From a virus (lineage: Duplodnaviria; Caudoviricetes): a stretch of 64,000 nucleotides of DNA. The notes beneath the pieces were generated by a model that was given only the letters and a program-made list of their open reading frames with translations, was not told the origin of the DNA and ran no database searches. Below, piece by piece: positions 1 through 10,338 of this stretch. Made by a program: the position numbers and the translations under genes. Every line of letters begins with the position of its first letter. Position 1 is the stretch's first letter. Location: IMG/VR virus record IMGVR_UViG_3300028603_000022, positions 64,001 through 128,000 of that record; one strand, written 5' to 3'.

Positions 1-1
1 C

Positions 2-184
2 AATGCTTCTACAGGTATAACTATCCCATCATCAGTAGATTTTTCTCAAAATGTACCTACAGTTAACACTCAACCACCTGAAAACCCAATGGGGGGTAAT
101 TCAGGAGCTAGTTTATCAAATATACCTCATTACGCTGATCCTGAATTGATGTATCCGCTACTTTATCATCATATGAATAATTGA
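2..184 (+). CDS. 3' end of upstream tail gene (partial; possibly tape measure)
   Basis: Open frame from window edge to TGA at 182-184, directly before baseplate genes; product inferred from position only. Confidence 0.4.
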   Translation, partial: NASTGITIPSSVDFSQNVPTVNTQPPENPMGGNSGASLSNIPHYADPELMYPLLYHHMNN

Positions 185-191
185 GATTACT

Positions 192-881
192 ATGCCGTTT
201 AACTCTAGTATTTCAGATGTTACAGACAATTATAGAGTAGCTAAAACTACTAACCCGCTATATTTGGTGGATATATGGTGCCCCGGACATGGTTTCGGTG
301 TTCAAGTAGACATGCCAGAACAACTAGCCTTGGCTGTATCCTCTGAGTGGGAAAGTCGTCTACCGTCCACTATTGCTCAAGCTTGGTCTTCTATATCACC
401 TTTAGGAGGGGGGGCTGGTCAAGGAGCTTCAAATATTTTTGGCTGGGATGCTATTCACCAAGGTATGAGTTTTCAAATGTGGGTAGGTACAACCCCAATT
501 GAAATACCTTTAACAGTTCTATTCGACGCGGAAGATAGTGGATTAAAGGATGTATATGCGCCTATAGCTAAACTACAAAGTATAGCTTTACCTAGAAACG
601 ACCGAACAATGGGAAATAATTTCTTAGTTCCGCCCGGCCCTAATGTTGGTATTGAATGGGGTGGTTCTGGTTATGGTGTATACATAAAAATAGGAAGAAT
701 GATGATGTTCGTTGATTGTATTCTAGTATCAGTCAACGCTGTATTTGACGCTAGATTAGACAATAGGGGTTATCCTATTAGCGGTCAAATAGATATGGTC
801 ATACGAACTTCTGTTACATATGGTAGAAGTGATTGGCTTAGAGCTATGGGGTTAGGTGGGGGTCCAAATGAATACTACTAA
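192..881 (+). CDS. Tail tube initiator / baseplate protein
   Basis: 229 aa, first gene of baseplate block; IKIGRMMMFVDCILVSV..FD..LD..GYP pattern resembles tube-initiator proteins. Confidence 0.5.
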   Translation: MPFNSSISDVTDNYRVAKTTNPLYLVDIWCPGHGFGVQVDMPEQLALAVSSEWESRLPSTIAQAWSSISPLGGGAGQGASNIFGWDAIHQGMSFQMWVGTTPIEIPLTVLFDAEDSGLKDVYAPIAKLQSIALPRNDRTMGNNFLVPPGPNVGIEWGGSGYGVYIKIGRMMMFVDCILVSVNAVFDARLDNRGYPISGQIDMVIRTSVTYGRSDWLRAMGLGGGPNEYY

Positions 882-1254
882 TGTTACAGAAAAAGAAGCT
901 AGACAAGAAACTTTTGTTACTTTTTTATCATCAGGAACGTCGAAGCAATTAAGATTATCTACGGTATTAGAAATAAACAACGACTGGATAAATCCGTGCA
1001 GTCCAAAATTTATAAAATTACTTAAATTGCCAAGAGTAATATCTGTTACCTACAGAAATACCCCTATAACTTCTATGAGTCAAAGGATATATGGTACTAC
1101 TTCACTATGGTATTTGATTGTAGCTTGCTCTGGGTATCTTCACCAACATGAAATACCAAATGGAGAAAACATATTGTTACCCGATCCAATTTCTGTAGCT
1201 ACAGCTTTAAAAGAAACCGCTGAAAGCAACGTTGGCAAAACTATTATAATATAG
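868..1254 (+). CDS. Baseplate wedge protein, T4 gp53/LysM-like
   Basis: ITSMSQRIYGTTSLWYLI..IPNGENILLP LysM-like motif; synteny. Confidence 0.65.
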   Translation: MNTTNVTEKEARQETFVTFLSSGTSKQLRLSTVLEINNDWINPCSPKFIKLLKLPRVISVTYRNTPITSMSQRIYGTTSLWYLIVACSGYLHQHEIPNGENILLPDPISVATALKETAESNVGKTIII

Positions 1255-1263
1255 GAATTTGTT

Positions 1264-2373
1264 ATGCAGGGCGTTGAAGGTAAATGGGCTCTTGAAGTAA
1301 AAGTCGATGGAAAAGATTTACATCTTAATCCGTCTAATGTGACTGCTATAAACGTTGTATCGAATGTGCAGCAAGCTTTACCTTCTTTTAATATAAGTTT
1401 TAAAGATGATACTGGTTCTATTTTAGATAATTTAATGAGTGATGGGTCTAAAGTCACTGTATCCATAGGTAATCCTTCACACCATATATATAATGGTTTA
1501 AACTTCCTTGTATCAGGAAATGTAAAAGTTACTCCTAGACCTAAATCTACACATATCGAATTTAATGCTATTCTTGATAATATTGGCTGGCTTAGAAAGA
1601 TGGTGGACAAACCGTATAAGGGTACAGCCGCCAAAGTTATAGAGCAGCTAGCTGGAGAAGTAGGTTTATCCACCGACATAGATGACTCTATGGATGACAT
1701 GACATGGCTACCTAATAGACTTCCATTTGTAGGTTACGCTAATCACTTATTACAAAGATCTTTTGCGGGTGAGGGTGACGCTTTAGTTATGGCTATCACA
1801 GATATGGGTAAACTTAAACTGAAAAAATTAAGTAATCTTATAGCCGGTAGTGGTAGTGGTATAACCTTATCTCAAAATGAATCTTTTGGACATACAATTT
1901 TAGATTGGATAACAGTACCTAAGGCTAATTCCCCTAATGCTAGTCACGGGTATGGATCTACCTCAATAGGTATGAATCAAGACGGCAGTATATTTGAAGG
2001 GAATGATGTAGCTGTTAAGTTAATGTCTAATGCTACGTCTATTATGTCGGGTATTAAAGACACTATTGGTCAATTAGGTATGAGAATTAATGCCTTGGCT
2101 CCTCTAGCGGGTAATACCCATGAAAAATGGTATGAAGGAATACACCAAAACCCTAGAGTGCTTTCTACATATTCTTTTGATATAGAAGTTCTTACTGATA
2201 TTCCTACTAAATTAGAGCTACTAGACACCGTTAACTTTAGGCCTATAAACCCTGGAACTGCCAATGAAGCTACTAAATTATCAGGTAAATATATAGTCAC
2301 AGCCATAAATAAGACTATAATGAATGGAAGATTCTTTGAAAAACTGGTAATAACAACACAAGGCGGTAATTAA
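1264..2373 (+). CDS. Baseplate hub protein (gp27/gpD-like)
   Basis: 369 aa between LysM gene and spike gene; C-terminal LSGKYIVTAINKTI typical of hub proteins. Confidence 0.6.
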   Translation: MQGVEGKWALEVKVDGKDLHLNPSNVTAINVVSNVQQALPSFNISFKDDTGSILDNLMSDGSKVTVSIGNPSHHIYNGLNFLVSGNVKVTPRPKSTHIEFNAILDNIGWLRKMVDKPYKGTAAKVIEQLAGEVGLSTDIDDSMDDMTWLPNRLPFVGYANHLLQRSFAGEGDALVMAITDMGKLKLKKLSNLIAGSGSGITLSQNESFGHTILDWITVPKANSPNASHGYGSTSIGMNQDGSIFEGNDVAVKLMSNATSIMSGIKDTIGQLGMRINALAPLAGNTHEKWYEGIHQNPRVLSTYSFDIEVLTDIPTKLELLDTVNFRPINPGTANEATKLSGKYIVTAINKTIMNGRFFEKLVITTQGGN

Positions 2374-3029
2374 TGCCTAGTTTGCTTCCTATAGGTCAAA
2401 ATATTAGACCTAAACTAGCTAAAAATGATTTAGTAGGGTATGTTATTGATAATAATGACCCTGAAAAGCGTCAAAGAGTCAAAATAAGATGCGCTCAATT
2501 ACATCGCAACGTAGAAGACGCAGACCTTCCTTGGACAATTCCTGATACCACACAGGGTAGGGCTAATGCGGGGGCTGGGGCTGGTTCTGTAAATGTACCT
2601 GTTTTATATTCAAAAGTATATTTCAGATTAGATGATAATGATCCCCATAATCCTAGGTATTCGGGTTCACCTACTACTGACGATGTTAATAAAGATAACG
2701 AACTTCTAAAAGATGAAGAAAACTATCCTCATAGCAGAGGTAGCATAGATGATGCGGGTAATCGTTATAATGTAAATTCTGAAAAAGAAACCATAGATCA
2801 CACGCATAGATCAGGTACTACAGAACATACCGCCGCGGATGGTGCTAAATCTATATTCTCTGCTTCTGATATGTATTTTACTGCTCAAGGTGATTTGTAT
2901 TTTACCGCTAAAGGCAAAATATATATTAATGGCGTAGAAGTACATTTGAACAATGGTGGAGAAGCAGGAGGGGTTTCTCCTAGAGAACGTCCACAAATTG
3001 AAGATAAAAGCAATCAAACCTCATATTGA
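2373..3029 (+). CDS. Baseplate central spike (gp5/gpV N-terminal OB fold)
   Basis: GYVIDNNDPEKRQRVKIR..LPW motif; short beta-repeat C-terminus; no lysozyme domain. Confidence 0.75.
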   Translation: MPSLLPIGQNIRPKLAKNDLVGYVIDNNDPEKRQRVKIRCAQLHRNVEDADLPWTIPDTTQGRANAGAGAGSVNVPVLYSKVYFRLDDNDPHNPRYSGSPTTDDVNKDNELLKDEENYPHSRGSIDDAGNRYNVNSEKETIDHTHRSGTTEHTAADGAKSIFSASDMYFTAQGDLYFTAKGKIYINGVEVHLNNGGEAGGVSPRERPQIEDKSNQTSY

Positions 3030-3088
3030 GGTTCTGTAAACTTCTTACTAGAAGTTCTGTAAACCTCATATAGTTATAAGAGATTATC

Positions 3089-3529
3089 ATGGCTGAATGG
3101 TTGTTACATAGTCAAAGACCAAATGTTAAAGCAGCAATTCAGCCTGCTAAACTACGGTTTAGTGATGTAGACTGCGATTATGGTATTTCAAGAAAGCATT
3201 CTGATTTACTAGTTGATAACAATTTGGCTATCACTAATCATATAAAGAATCTTCTATCCACGCCTATAGGTACAGAAGATTTTGAGCCTGGTTATGGATC
3301 AAATCTTCCTTACCGAATAATGGACCCAGTAAATATATATTCCGCTTTTAATATTGAAACAGATACTATCGTAGCGTTAATGACATGGATGAGTGATAGA
3401 ATATTCGTTATCCTAAGTGATACTTTTGTAACTCCGTTAGATTCAGGTGATGGATACCTAATTCAAATTACATACGTAAATATAATAGATAACGCTACAG
3501 GATTGTTTAGGCAAGAAGTTGTTAGGTAA
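3089..3529 (+). CDS. Baseplate wedge / sheath initiator, gp25-like
   Basis: IKNLLSTPIGTEDFEPGYGSNL gp25 signature. Confidence 0.85.
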   Translation: MAEWLLHSQRPNVKAAIQPAKLRFSDVDCDYGISRKHSDLLVDNNLAITNHIKNLLSTPIGTEDFEPGYGSNLPYRIMDPVNIYSAFNIETDTIVALMTWMSDRIFVILSDTFVTPLDSGDGYLIQITYVNIIDNATGLFRQEVVR

Positions 3530-3534
3530 ATAAT

Positions 3535-5190
3535 ATGACTGTTGTGAACGCCTTAATAGACGCAGCCTTAGATTATATCCAACTAAATAATCCCGTGTTT
3601 TTTAATTCGGTTAACAGGCAAGATTTATCAGCTTCTTTACAGGAATCTTTAGAGCAAGCTTTACCTCATGAGTTTAGACTTCAAACTACTAAACCAGATT
3701 TTGAAGATATTTTGTATGCCTTTGTTCAAGAACTTCAAACTGATAAGGCTTGGAAAGACATTGTTCATACAGGTACTGGTCAAACCCTGTTAAGAAACTA
3801 CTCTGCGGGTATTTCTTATCTTCATTTCGCTATTGTACGCGCAGTTCAGAACTCATTTGTATTGCCTGGGTCTTCAAAAGACACTGTTTATCAAGGAATG
3901 AATTTCCTTGGTGTTAAAATTCGTCGCAGAATCCCTAATAGAATAAGAGTTAGACTGACTATTCCAGATCATACTTCTATTTTTGTCATTCCTAGATTTA
4001 CTCAAATAATAATAGGTGGGGAATTATTTTTTAATAGAGAAGAAATTACGTATTCTGTATTCGATTTAGTTAAAGAAGTAATACTTTATCAAGGTACAGT
4101 ATTCTCTAGACAGGGGCCGGCTGAAGGTTTGCCTTTTGAAACCTTGCAAATAGGTTATGAGAATTACGCTATATCAGAAGAAGACGTGTATGTATCTGTT
4201 AATGGTTCACAATGGGTAAGTAACGCTAAACTTAGACCTTGGATGGCTGAAAGAGAACAAGAAATAGTTTTTGTTAAAACTCTGGAAACCGGCAATATTG
4301 AAATAATGTTTGGTAATGATCTCTATGCTAAAAAGCTAGAGGCAAATGACCAATTACACATAGTATGGGCAGAGACTAAAGGTTCGGAATCTTCTTTAAT
4401 TCCAGCAGAAACAAACTTTGTAATAGATTCTCTTAATTTAACTGTTAGCGGCCTTACGCTTTCTTCCTCTTTTGGTGGCGATAACGAAGTTCCTTTAGAG
4501 GTATACTCTCAAATCGGTCCTCATTTGATGGCTTCATCCGGTGTTGGCATTCGTAGAGCAGATTTTAAAGCTATAGCTCTGGAATACCCTAATATCCGTG
4601 ATGCCTTATTCAGAGGACAAGCTGAATATGCTCCGGGGTTGAGAACATTCCAAAACGTAGTAATGACTACGCTGTTAACAAATAGTCCTTCAAACCTTAT
4701 GACCGCTGACGAATGGGGGGAGTTTGTTGAATACCTATCTAATAGGTCTACTTTTTCATTAAGATTTGAACGATCAGATCCGATAATTATACCAATTAAA
4801 GTTACCGCAACAGTACATTGTAACACTAAGGCAGGATTAGACGAAATTAATTCTGTATTAACCAGTAAATTAAAAGAATTTACTGAGCCTAAGCCAGGAA
4901 TACTAGGGTATTCTATATATGATTCGGATATTATTTCTATATTAGAGGGTAATTTTGAAAGTGACTTTAATTACGCCAATGTGATTGAGTATATTTCAAA
5001 TTTTGAATTTAACTATCCTAATCAAGAAATTGATCCAGAAGACGAATTAGATTACGGTATTACGGCAGATGGGGGCGCTATCATAGCAGGTTATTCTAAC
5101 TATATTCGTATAGAAGAAGTAGACCTAACTCTCGAATATACTCCTAGAAGAACATATCTAGGAAGAACCGATTTATCAAGCGCGGAGTAA
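3535..5190 (+). CDS. Baseplate wedge protein, T4 gp6-like
   Basis: IMFGNDLYAKKL, GGDNE and RRADFKAIAL motifs; follows gp25. Confidence 0.8.
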   Translation: MTVVNALIDAALDYIQLNNPVFFNSVNRQDLSASLQESLEQALPHEFRLQTTKPDFEDILYAFVQELQTDKAWKDIVHTGTGQTLLRNYSAGISYLHFAIVRAVQNSFVLPGSSKDTVYQGMNFLGVKIRRRIPNRIRVRLTIPDHTSIFVIPRFTQIIIGGELFFNREEITYSVFDLVKEVILYQGTVFSRQGPAEGLPFETLQIGYENYAISEEDVYVSVNGSQWVSNAKLRPWMAEREQEIVFVKTLETGNIEIMFGNDLYAKKLEANDQLHIVWAETKGSESSLIPAETNFVIDSLNLTVSGLTLSSSFGGDNEVPLEVYSQIGPHLMASSGVGIRRADFKAIALEYPNIRDALFRGQAEYAPGLRTFQNVVMTTLLTNSPSNLMTADEWGEFVEYLSNRSTFSLRFERSDPIIIPIKVTATVHCNTKAGLDEINSVLTSKLKEFTEPKPGILGYSIYDSDIISILEGNFESDFNYANVIEYISNFEFNYPNQEIDPEDELDYGITADGGAIIAGYSNYIRIEEVDLTLEYTPRRTYLGRTDLSSAE

Positions 5191-5199
5191 CCCATTACT

Positions 5200-6162
5200 A
5201 TGCGCAATAAAAATAAACCAGATTTTGTAAAACTTCTTAACTATAATCTTAGTTATAACCCTATATTTGAAAATTTATATAAAACCACGACTAAAATTCT
5301 GGATGAGCAGATAGGAGAGCCTATTGCTCAGTTATCTAGAATAAGAAGCTCACAGCATATTAAACGTGGTGATTACCTAGACGTAGAAACTAATAGAGGT
5401 ATTGAGCGTAGTAGAGTAGCTGACGTAAAAATAATTGAGGAAAATGGTTCTCATTACGCTAAAATTACTCTCGGGTTAGGTAATGGGACAGCCATACAAG
5501 TATATAAAGAAGTACTGCAAGATAGAAAAACTCTTATAAACCAAGCGGCTTTTGCAGGTGTTGACTATTATTCTGATTATATTTCAGACGTAGAATACGC
5601 TAGATTAGTAGACTACGCTGGCTGTTATTGGAAATATCAGAACTCTGGTGAAAGAGATTTCATAAATTTCATCGGGTTTATAAAAGGAATGCGACTATCT
5701 CTTGTTCAATTATGGACAAGAGACCGAGGAGACTACGCAAACGATCATAGCCCAGGATTTGACTTCTATGAATACCTTAAACCAGAAGAAGAAATTACTA
5801 ACCCTATGCGGTTGGAAAATGGGGCTACCATAGGTAGTGAGTATTTAACATCACATGTTGACATGACCTATGATGTTTTAGCCTCACCCAATGTACAATT
5901 TAACGATTTAATTAACCTATTTTATTATTTTGCACCAATTGAACTGGTATTAAACCGCATAATAAGCTCAATTGAGGTAAACATTGGAACTTATAGCGAT
6001 ATAGCTCCTCAAATAGACAGTAATTTATTAGCTAGATACGATTGGAAGACTCATTCTATAGTTAACTTAGGTTATACAGAACCGATACCTCAAATTGATT
6101 TGAATTTAAATGGCTATTTGTTTCTAAATAATGATTTAGAAGAAATTGACCCGTTCTACTAG
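5200..6162 (+). CDS. Baseplate wedge protein (gp7/gpI position); frame stays open past UAG to 6585
   Basis: Synteny after gp6; see readthrough finding. Confidence 0.55.
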   Translation: MRNKNKPDFVKLLNYNLSYNPIFENLYKTTTKILDEQIGEPIAQLSRIRSSQHIKRGDYLDVETNRGIERSRVADVKIIEENGSHYAKITLGLGNGTAIQVYKEVLQDRKTLINQAAFAGVDYYSDYISDVEYARLVDYAGCYWKYQNSGERDFINFIGFIKGMRLSLVQLWTRDRGDYANDHSPGFDFYEYLKPEEEITNPMRLENGATIGSEYLTSHVDMTYDVLASPNVQFNDLINLFYYFAPIELVLNRIISSIEVNIGTYSDIAPQIDSNLLARYDWKTHSIVNLGYTEPIPQIDLNLNGYLFLNNDLEEIDPFY

Positions 6163-6609
6163 GTATACACGCCAGATTATGCTATATATCCTAGAGTAGT
6201 TAACAGGTATGCGGTATTTTCAGCAGATACTGATTCAAAAATTAATACAATACAGTTTAAAAGCCAATTATATAAAGGTATTACTAGTTATATCGCTCTT
6301 CCGGGTAATCAATTTACGCAGTCTATAACTAACGCTGTTTCAAGCTATAGCGCGCATCCTTGGCTAGAGTTACAAAAATCTGTTAACTTTACCGCTGTAA
6401 GTAATTTTAATACTTCAGGTGACTTTATAACTCCGTCTTCTGTTAATTTTGAGGTTGTTAGCACTTATTCATCTAATTCTACTATAACAATAAGTAGATC
6501 TATTAGCTATGAAGGTGTAACCAGCCATTCAACCTCTTATGGTGTTGGATTTGATGATGAAGCCTTTGATGATGGATTCATGTAAAAATTCGCACAAGGA
6601 ATAGGTACA

Positions 6610-7593
6610 ATGAGTGCAGAATTAGACAATCTAATCGCTACTAATCTTCCTGATAATGTAACTAGACAAATTAAACCAAATAAATTACGAGAAGTTTTTG
6701 AACAGGTATCTGGTGAATTGGATGCTAAAGTAGAAGGTTTTTCTGATTTAGCTGGAGCTTTAGGAAATAGCCAGTTATCTGGGACGTATTCTAATGCTTC
6801 GCTTGTAACTGATGGTAATAATGCTATTTATGGAGTTCCTACTGCTGGAGCTTTGGATACTGATACCGTTCATGTAATTAGTCCAGCTTCTTTTACATCT
6901 ACTATAGCAAACACAGTTGGTGCGATTGTATTGAATTTTCCAGATAACGGTATTATGTCTGGGTTTTTCATGCTAGAGGTGGATATATACACATATACAA
7001 CTAATCATGCTAGAGGGAAGCATTTAATATATGGGCATTTTAATACTACAGCTAATTTCGGTGTAGTTCAGAAGACAACTCTTGGTATTTCTGTACCTAT
7101 TCAATGCGCTGTTAATAATAATAGAAATGGTAGAGTGTGTATTGTATTAGGAAATGTTGGAACTTCTTGGAATCGACCAAAAATTAACATATCTTCTGCT
7201 ATAATACGGGCAACCGACCCAGCTTCATTTACTACTGGTTGGTATTCAGAAATAGTTACAAGTTTAGATGGTTTCTCTAGTCTAACAGGTGATTTACCAG
7301 AATTAATGCCTCTACCTATACAGAACGCTTTGGATGGTAAGGCTAATACTTCTCATACTCATACACTAGCTGATATATCTGATGCGGGTAGTTTAGCCGG
7401 TAAATCGACTATTAACAACGCTGACTGGTCAGGTACAGCTTTGGGTGTAGCTAATGGTGGAACAGCAGCGACTACTATCGCTGGAATACGCACCAATATA
7501 GGTGTAAAATCTATGGCGTTAAGAGACGTAACAATTTCCACAAGCGCACCTTCTGGTGGTGTTAATGGTGATGTTTGGTTGCAGGTAGATTAG
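6610..7593 (+). CDS. Tail fibre-related structural protein
   Basis: KANTSHTHTLADI, LGVANGGTAATT and C-terminal STSAPSGGVNGDVWLQ fibre motifs. Confidence 0.65.
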   Translation: MSAELDNLIATNLPDNVTRQIKPNKLREVFEQVSGELDAKVEGFSDLAGALGNSQLSGTYSNASLVTDGNNAIYGVPTAGALDTDTVHVISPASFTSTIANTVGAIVLNFPDNGIMSGFFMLEVDIYTYTTNHARGKHLIYGHFNTTANFGVVQKTTLGISVPIQCAVNNNRNGRVCIVLGNVGTSWNRPKINISSAIIRATDPASFTTGWYSEIVTSLDGFSSLTGDLPELMPLPIQNALDGKANTSHTHTLADISDAGSLAGKSTINNADWSGTALGVANGGTAATTIAGIRTNIGVKSMALRDVTISTSAPSGGVNGDVWLQVD

Positions 7594-7597
7594 ATAA

Positions 7598-8635
7598 ATG
7601 CCTATACATACTAGAGATTCCGGTAGTTGGAAGCAAGTAAAAAGTCTATTTGTAAGGGATGGCGCAGTTTGGAAGCCAGTTAAAGAAGGGTTTGTCAGAG
7701 ATGCCGGGGTATGGAAATCTTTTTACACTTCCGAATTGGTAGTTGTAGCTCCAACTAACCCAAATCTAGCGGGTATAGGAATACTGTTTAACAATGTTCA
7801 AGCTGGTTCGTACTTTGCGGATATAGATAAACGCCTAATTGTAAATTCGTCAAGGGGTCCAATACAAATAGGGGCAGCTCCAGGCGGTAAATTAACCATT
7901 GAAATCACCAGCACTGGCATTGTTTCTGGTGTAGGAGGTGCTGGAGGTACCGCTGGATCACCTGTAGGTGGTAACGGTGGGCATGCTTTTAATATAACTG
8001 GTGGTTCTAATATTGTTTTCATAAATAATGGTGTAGTACGTGGTGGTGGTGGTGGCGGTGGTATGGGAGGACAGGGAGGTCAAGGATATGAAACACAGCT
8101 AATTAGGGAACCAGCTGTTGGTGAAATGTATGAAAACCCTGGTAGCTCACCACCATATGCTTGGTTTTATCATTCTCAAATAAATCAAACTACAGTTCAA
8201 TGGAATAACGTACAAGTATATAATACAGGGCATGATCAAAATCCATTATCCGTTGTAGGTAGTGATGGATGGACTTATCATAGAGGTTCTAATCAAACTT
8301 CTTACTATTGGGCGGTATACCGTACTAAGGATGAATCCGTTTTAGTTAACGGCGGTGTAGGAGGTAATGGCGGAAATGGAACAGGTTCGCAACAATCTAG
8401 CTCGATTGGATCAATAGGTATGCCTGGGCCTGGTACTTCTGGTTCTGGCGGACATGGCGGCCCAGGCGGTGGTTACGGTACAGCCGGTGTTCAAGGTGAC
8501 TCCGGAACAGCGGGTGAAGCTGGAGCGGGAAATCCCGGTTCAGCAGGAGGCGCAGCAGGTTCCTCCATACACGGTTACAATCGCGTTATATATAGTGGTA
8601 CTGGTACGCTAATAGGATCAACCACTAATTCTTAG
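7598..8635 (+). CDS. Glycine-rich receptor-binding adhesin (gp38-like)
   Basis: N-terminal W-K repeats, INNGVVRGGGGGGG and Gly-rich loops. Confidence 0.6.
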   Translation: MPIHTRDSGSWKQVKSLFVRDGAVWKPVKEGFVRDAGVWKSFYTSELVVVAPTNPNLAGIGILFNNVQAGSYFADIDKRLIVNSSRGPIQIGAAPGGKLTIEITSTGIVSGVGGAGGTAGSPVGGNGGHAFNITGGSNIVFINNGVVRGGGGGGGMGGQGGQGYETQLIREPAVGEMYENPGSSPPYAWFYHSQINQTTVQWNNVQVYNTGHDQNPLSVVGSDGWTYHRGSNQTSYYWAVYRTKDESVLVNGGVGGNGGNGTGSQQSSSIGSIGMPGPGTSGSGGHGGPGGGYGTAGVQGDSGTAGEAGAGNPGSAGGAAGSSIHGYNRVIYSGTGTLIGSTTNS

Positions 8636-8651
8636 AAATAGGAGAAATTAA

Positions 8652-9035
8652 ATGTCAGGTTTTACAAACTACCTAGAAAATGCTGTAATGAACCATGTAT
8701 TTGGTGGTTCTCCATATACCGCACCCTCAAATGTTTACTTAGCCCTATTCACAGTTACTCCTTCTGATGCTGGAGGTGGTACGGAAGTTTCCAGCGGTGG
8801 TTATTCTAGAGAAGTAGTGTCTTTGGGTTCTGTTATAGACGGGGCTATTTCCAATTCTTCCATTATATCTTTTACAGCTACAGGTGGGGATTTCGGCACT
8901 ATTGTGGCTACAGGTTTATATGACGCTTCTACCTTTGGTAATCTTTTGACATGGGCTCCAATTACACCAGCTACAATTAATGACGGTGACACGCTTTCTT
9001 TCGCTATTGGTAGTGTCGCTGTATCCTTGGATTAA
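8652..9035 (+). CDS. Small virion structural protein (tail-fibre associated)
   Basis: FTNYLEN..YLALFT..EVSSGGYSR..GLYDASTFGNLL, a common phage family pattern. Confidence 0.65.
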   Translation: MSGFTNYLENAVMNHVFGGSPYTAPSNVYLALFTVTPSDAGGGTEVSSGGYSREVVSLGSVIDGAISNSSIISFTATGGDFGTIVATGLYDASTFGNLLTWAPITPATINDGDTLSFAIGSVAVSLD

Positions 9036-9046
9036 GGATAACTTTT

Positions 9047-10285
9047 ATGAAAACCTTTCTTCTCAATTCTGGTTTAGCGCTATTACAAGATCAAAGTAAT
9101 AACCTTATTGATAAGCTAGAATTGACTGGCTTTGAGATTGGTTCAGGTATAGGAGAAATAGTAGACAGGGATATAACAGATCCTGTAGACCAATTATTAC
9201 ATGTTGGTACTATAGATGATATGTTTATCACACCAATTCACACGGAAGAAGTTCTTATTTCCTGTGAAATAAACAAAAATGTATTAGAGTTCAGACCTGG
9301 CAATATACTATTAAGAGCTAATAATGGTATAGCATTTTTAATTTCTATATCAGAACACTCTATGTTTAAGTTTCAGACTTCTTTAACTACAGTCGGAACT
9401 AAACTAATATTCAACATAATTATAAATCTGCCTGGATTACTAGATAGGTTTGATTTCTCGAATCTATCTCAAAAGGTAGCAACTTTCAAAACTTTCGCTA
9501 CCGATTTAGATGTTACTCGGTGGGCTTGGGAAGAACCGATTAATCAAATATTCGTGGATAACGATACTAGAACAAACACACCAGCTTTTGTAATTAGCTC
9601 TGGTAGAAACTTCTGGAGTAACCCATTAATAAAAAACTATGAAGATTTTTATGAAACGTGGGGTACAAAGTATCCATGGTTAAACGCTTCACCGGATGGA
9701 TTATTACCTGTAAGACAGGCTTATTGGGCTGGAAGCCTATTCTGGACAGGATGGGATAGTCCGATTGTATCCGATTATAATGAGTATTTAACTAAAGTGA
9801 ATGGTTATGAAACCCCTAATAACCACATAGTTTACAATGTACAATGTCAATGCGGTACGATTGTTATTCAAGGTACTATAGCGGATACAAACACATTCAG
9901 TACCGAAATTTTATGGCAAATGGACGATGGAACAGAAAGTAATTGCATAAAAATCATTCGTGATCCAGATGACGGTTTTATAAAATATTTAATAACGCTA
10001 GAAGACGTAATTGTAGAAGAAATTATTTTAGGTTTTGTCCCATTGTCAGCGATGTTTAAATTAGCCGTATCATGGTTTGAAGGTGTTATAAGAGGAAGTC
10101 TAAACGGTGGCTCTGTAACTGAGTTACTTGGCGCTCCTTTTACTGTCTTTACTTTTGAAAGGGAAGGCTCTGATTCTAACGACGCTAATGAATGGTTAGG
10201 CAGTACAATGTCGTTTGGTAGGTTTTCAGAAGAATTACACCCTAATATTCTTCGTCGAATGAGCTTAATAGGTGAAAATAATTAG
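9047..10285 (+). CDS. Tail/baseplate structural protein
   Basis: N-terminal half paralogous to next gene (VDNDTRTNTPA vs VNNDTRTKAPA); LamG-like C-terminus. Confidence 0.5.
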   Translation: MKTFLLNSGLALLQDQSNNLIDKLELTGFEIGSGIGEIVDRDITDPVDQLLHVGTIDDMFITPIHTEEVLISCEINKNVLEFRPGNILLRANNGIAFLISISEHSMFKFQTSLTTVGTKLIFNIIINLPGLLDRFDFSNLSQKVATFKTFATDLDVTRWAWEEPINQIFVDNDTRTNTPAFVISSGRNFWSNPLIKNYEDFYETWGTKYPWLNASPDGLLPVRQAYWAGSLFWTGWDSPIVSDYNEYLTKVNGYETPNNHIVYNVQCQCGTIVIQGTIADTNTFSTEILWQMDDGTESNCIKIIRDPDDGFIKYLITLEDVIVEEIILGFVPLSAMFKLAVSWFEGVIRGSLNGGSVTELLGAPFTVFTFEREGSDSNDANEWLGSTMSFGRFSEELHPNILRRMSLIGENN

Positions 10286-10338
10286 TGAAACCGAGGTACT
10301 TCTTTGTTAATTCTGTTATAACAGAATGAGATACGGAT

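Noticed and set aside
3016-3071. Short duplication gttctgtaaac x2 and aaacctcatat x2
   Set aside because: Two copies only; most simply a local duplication scar with no supportable function.
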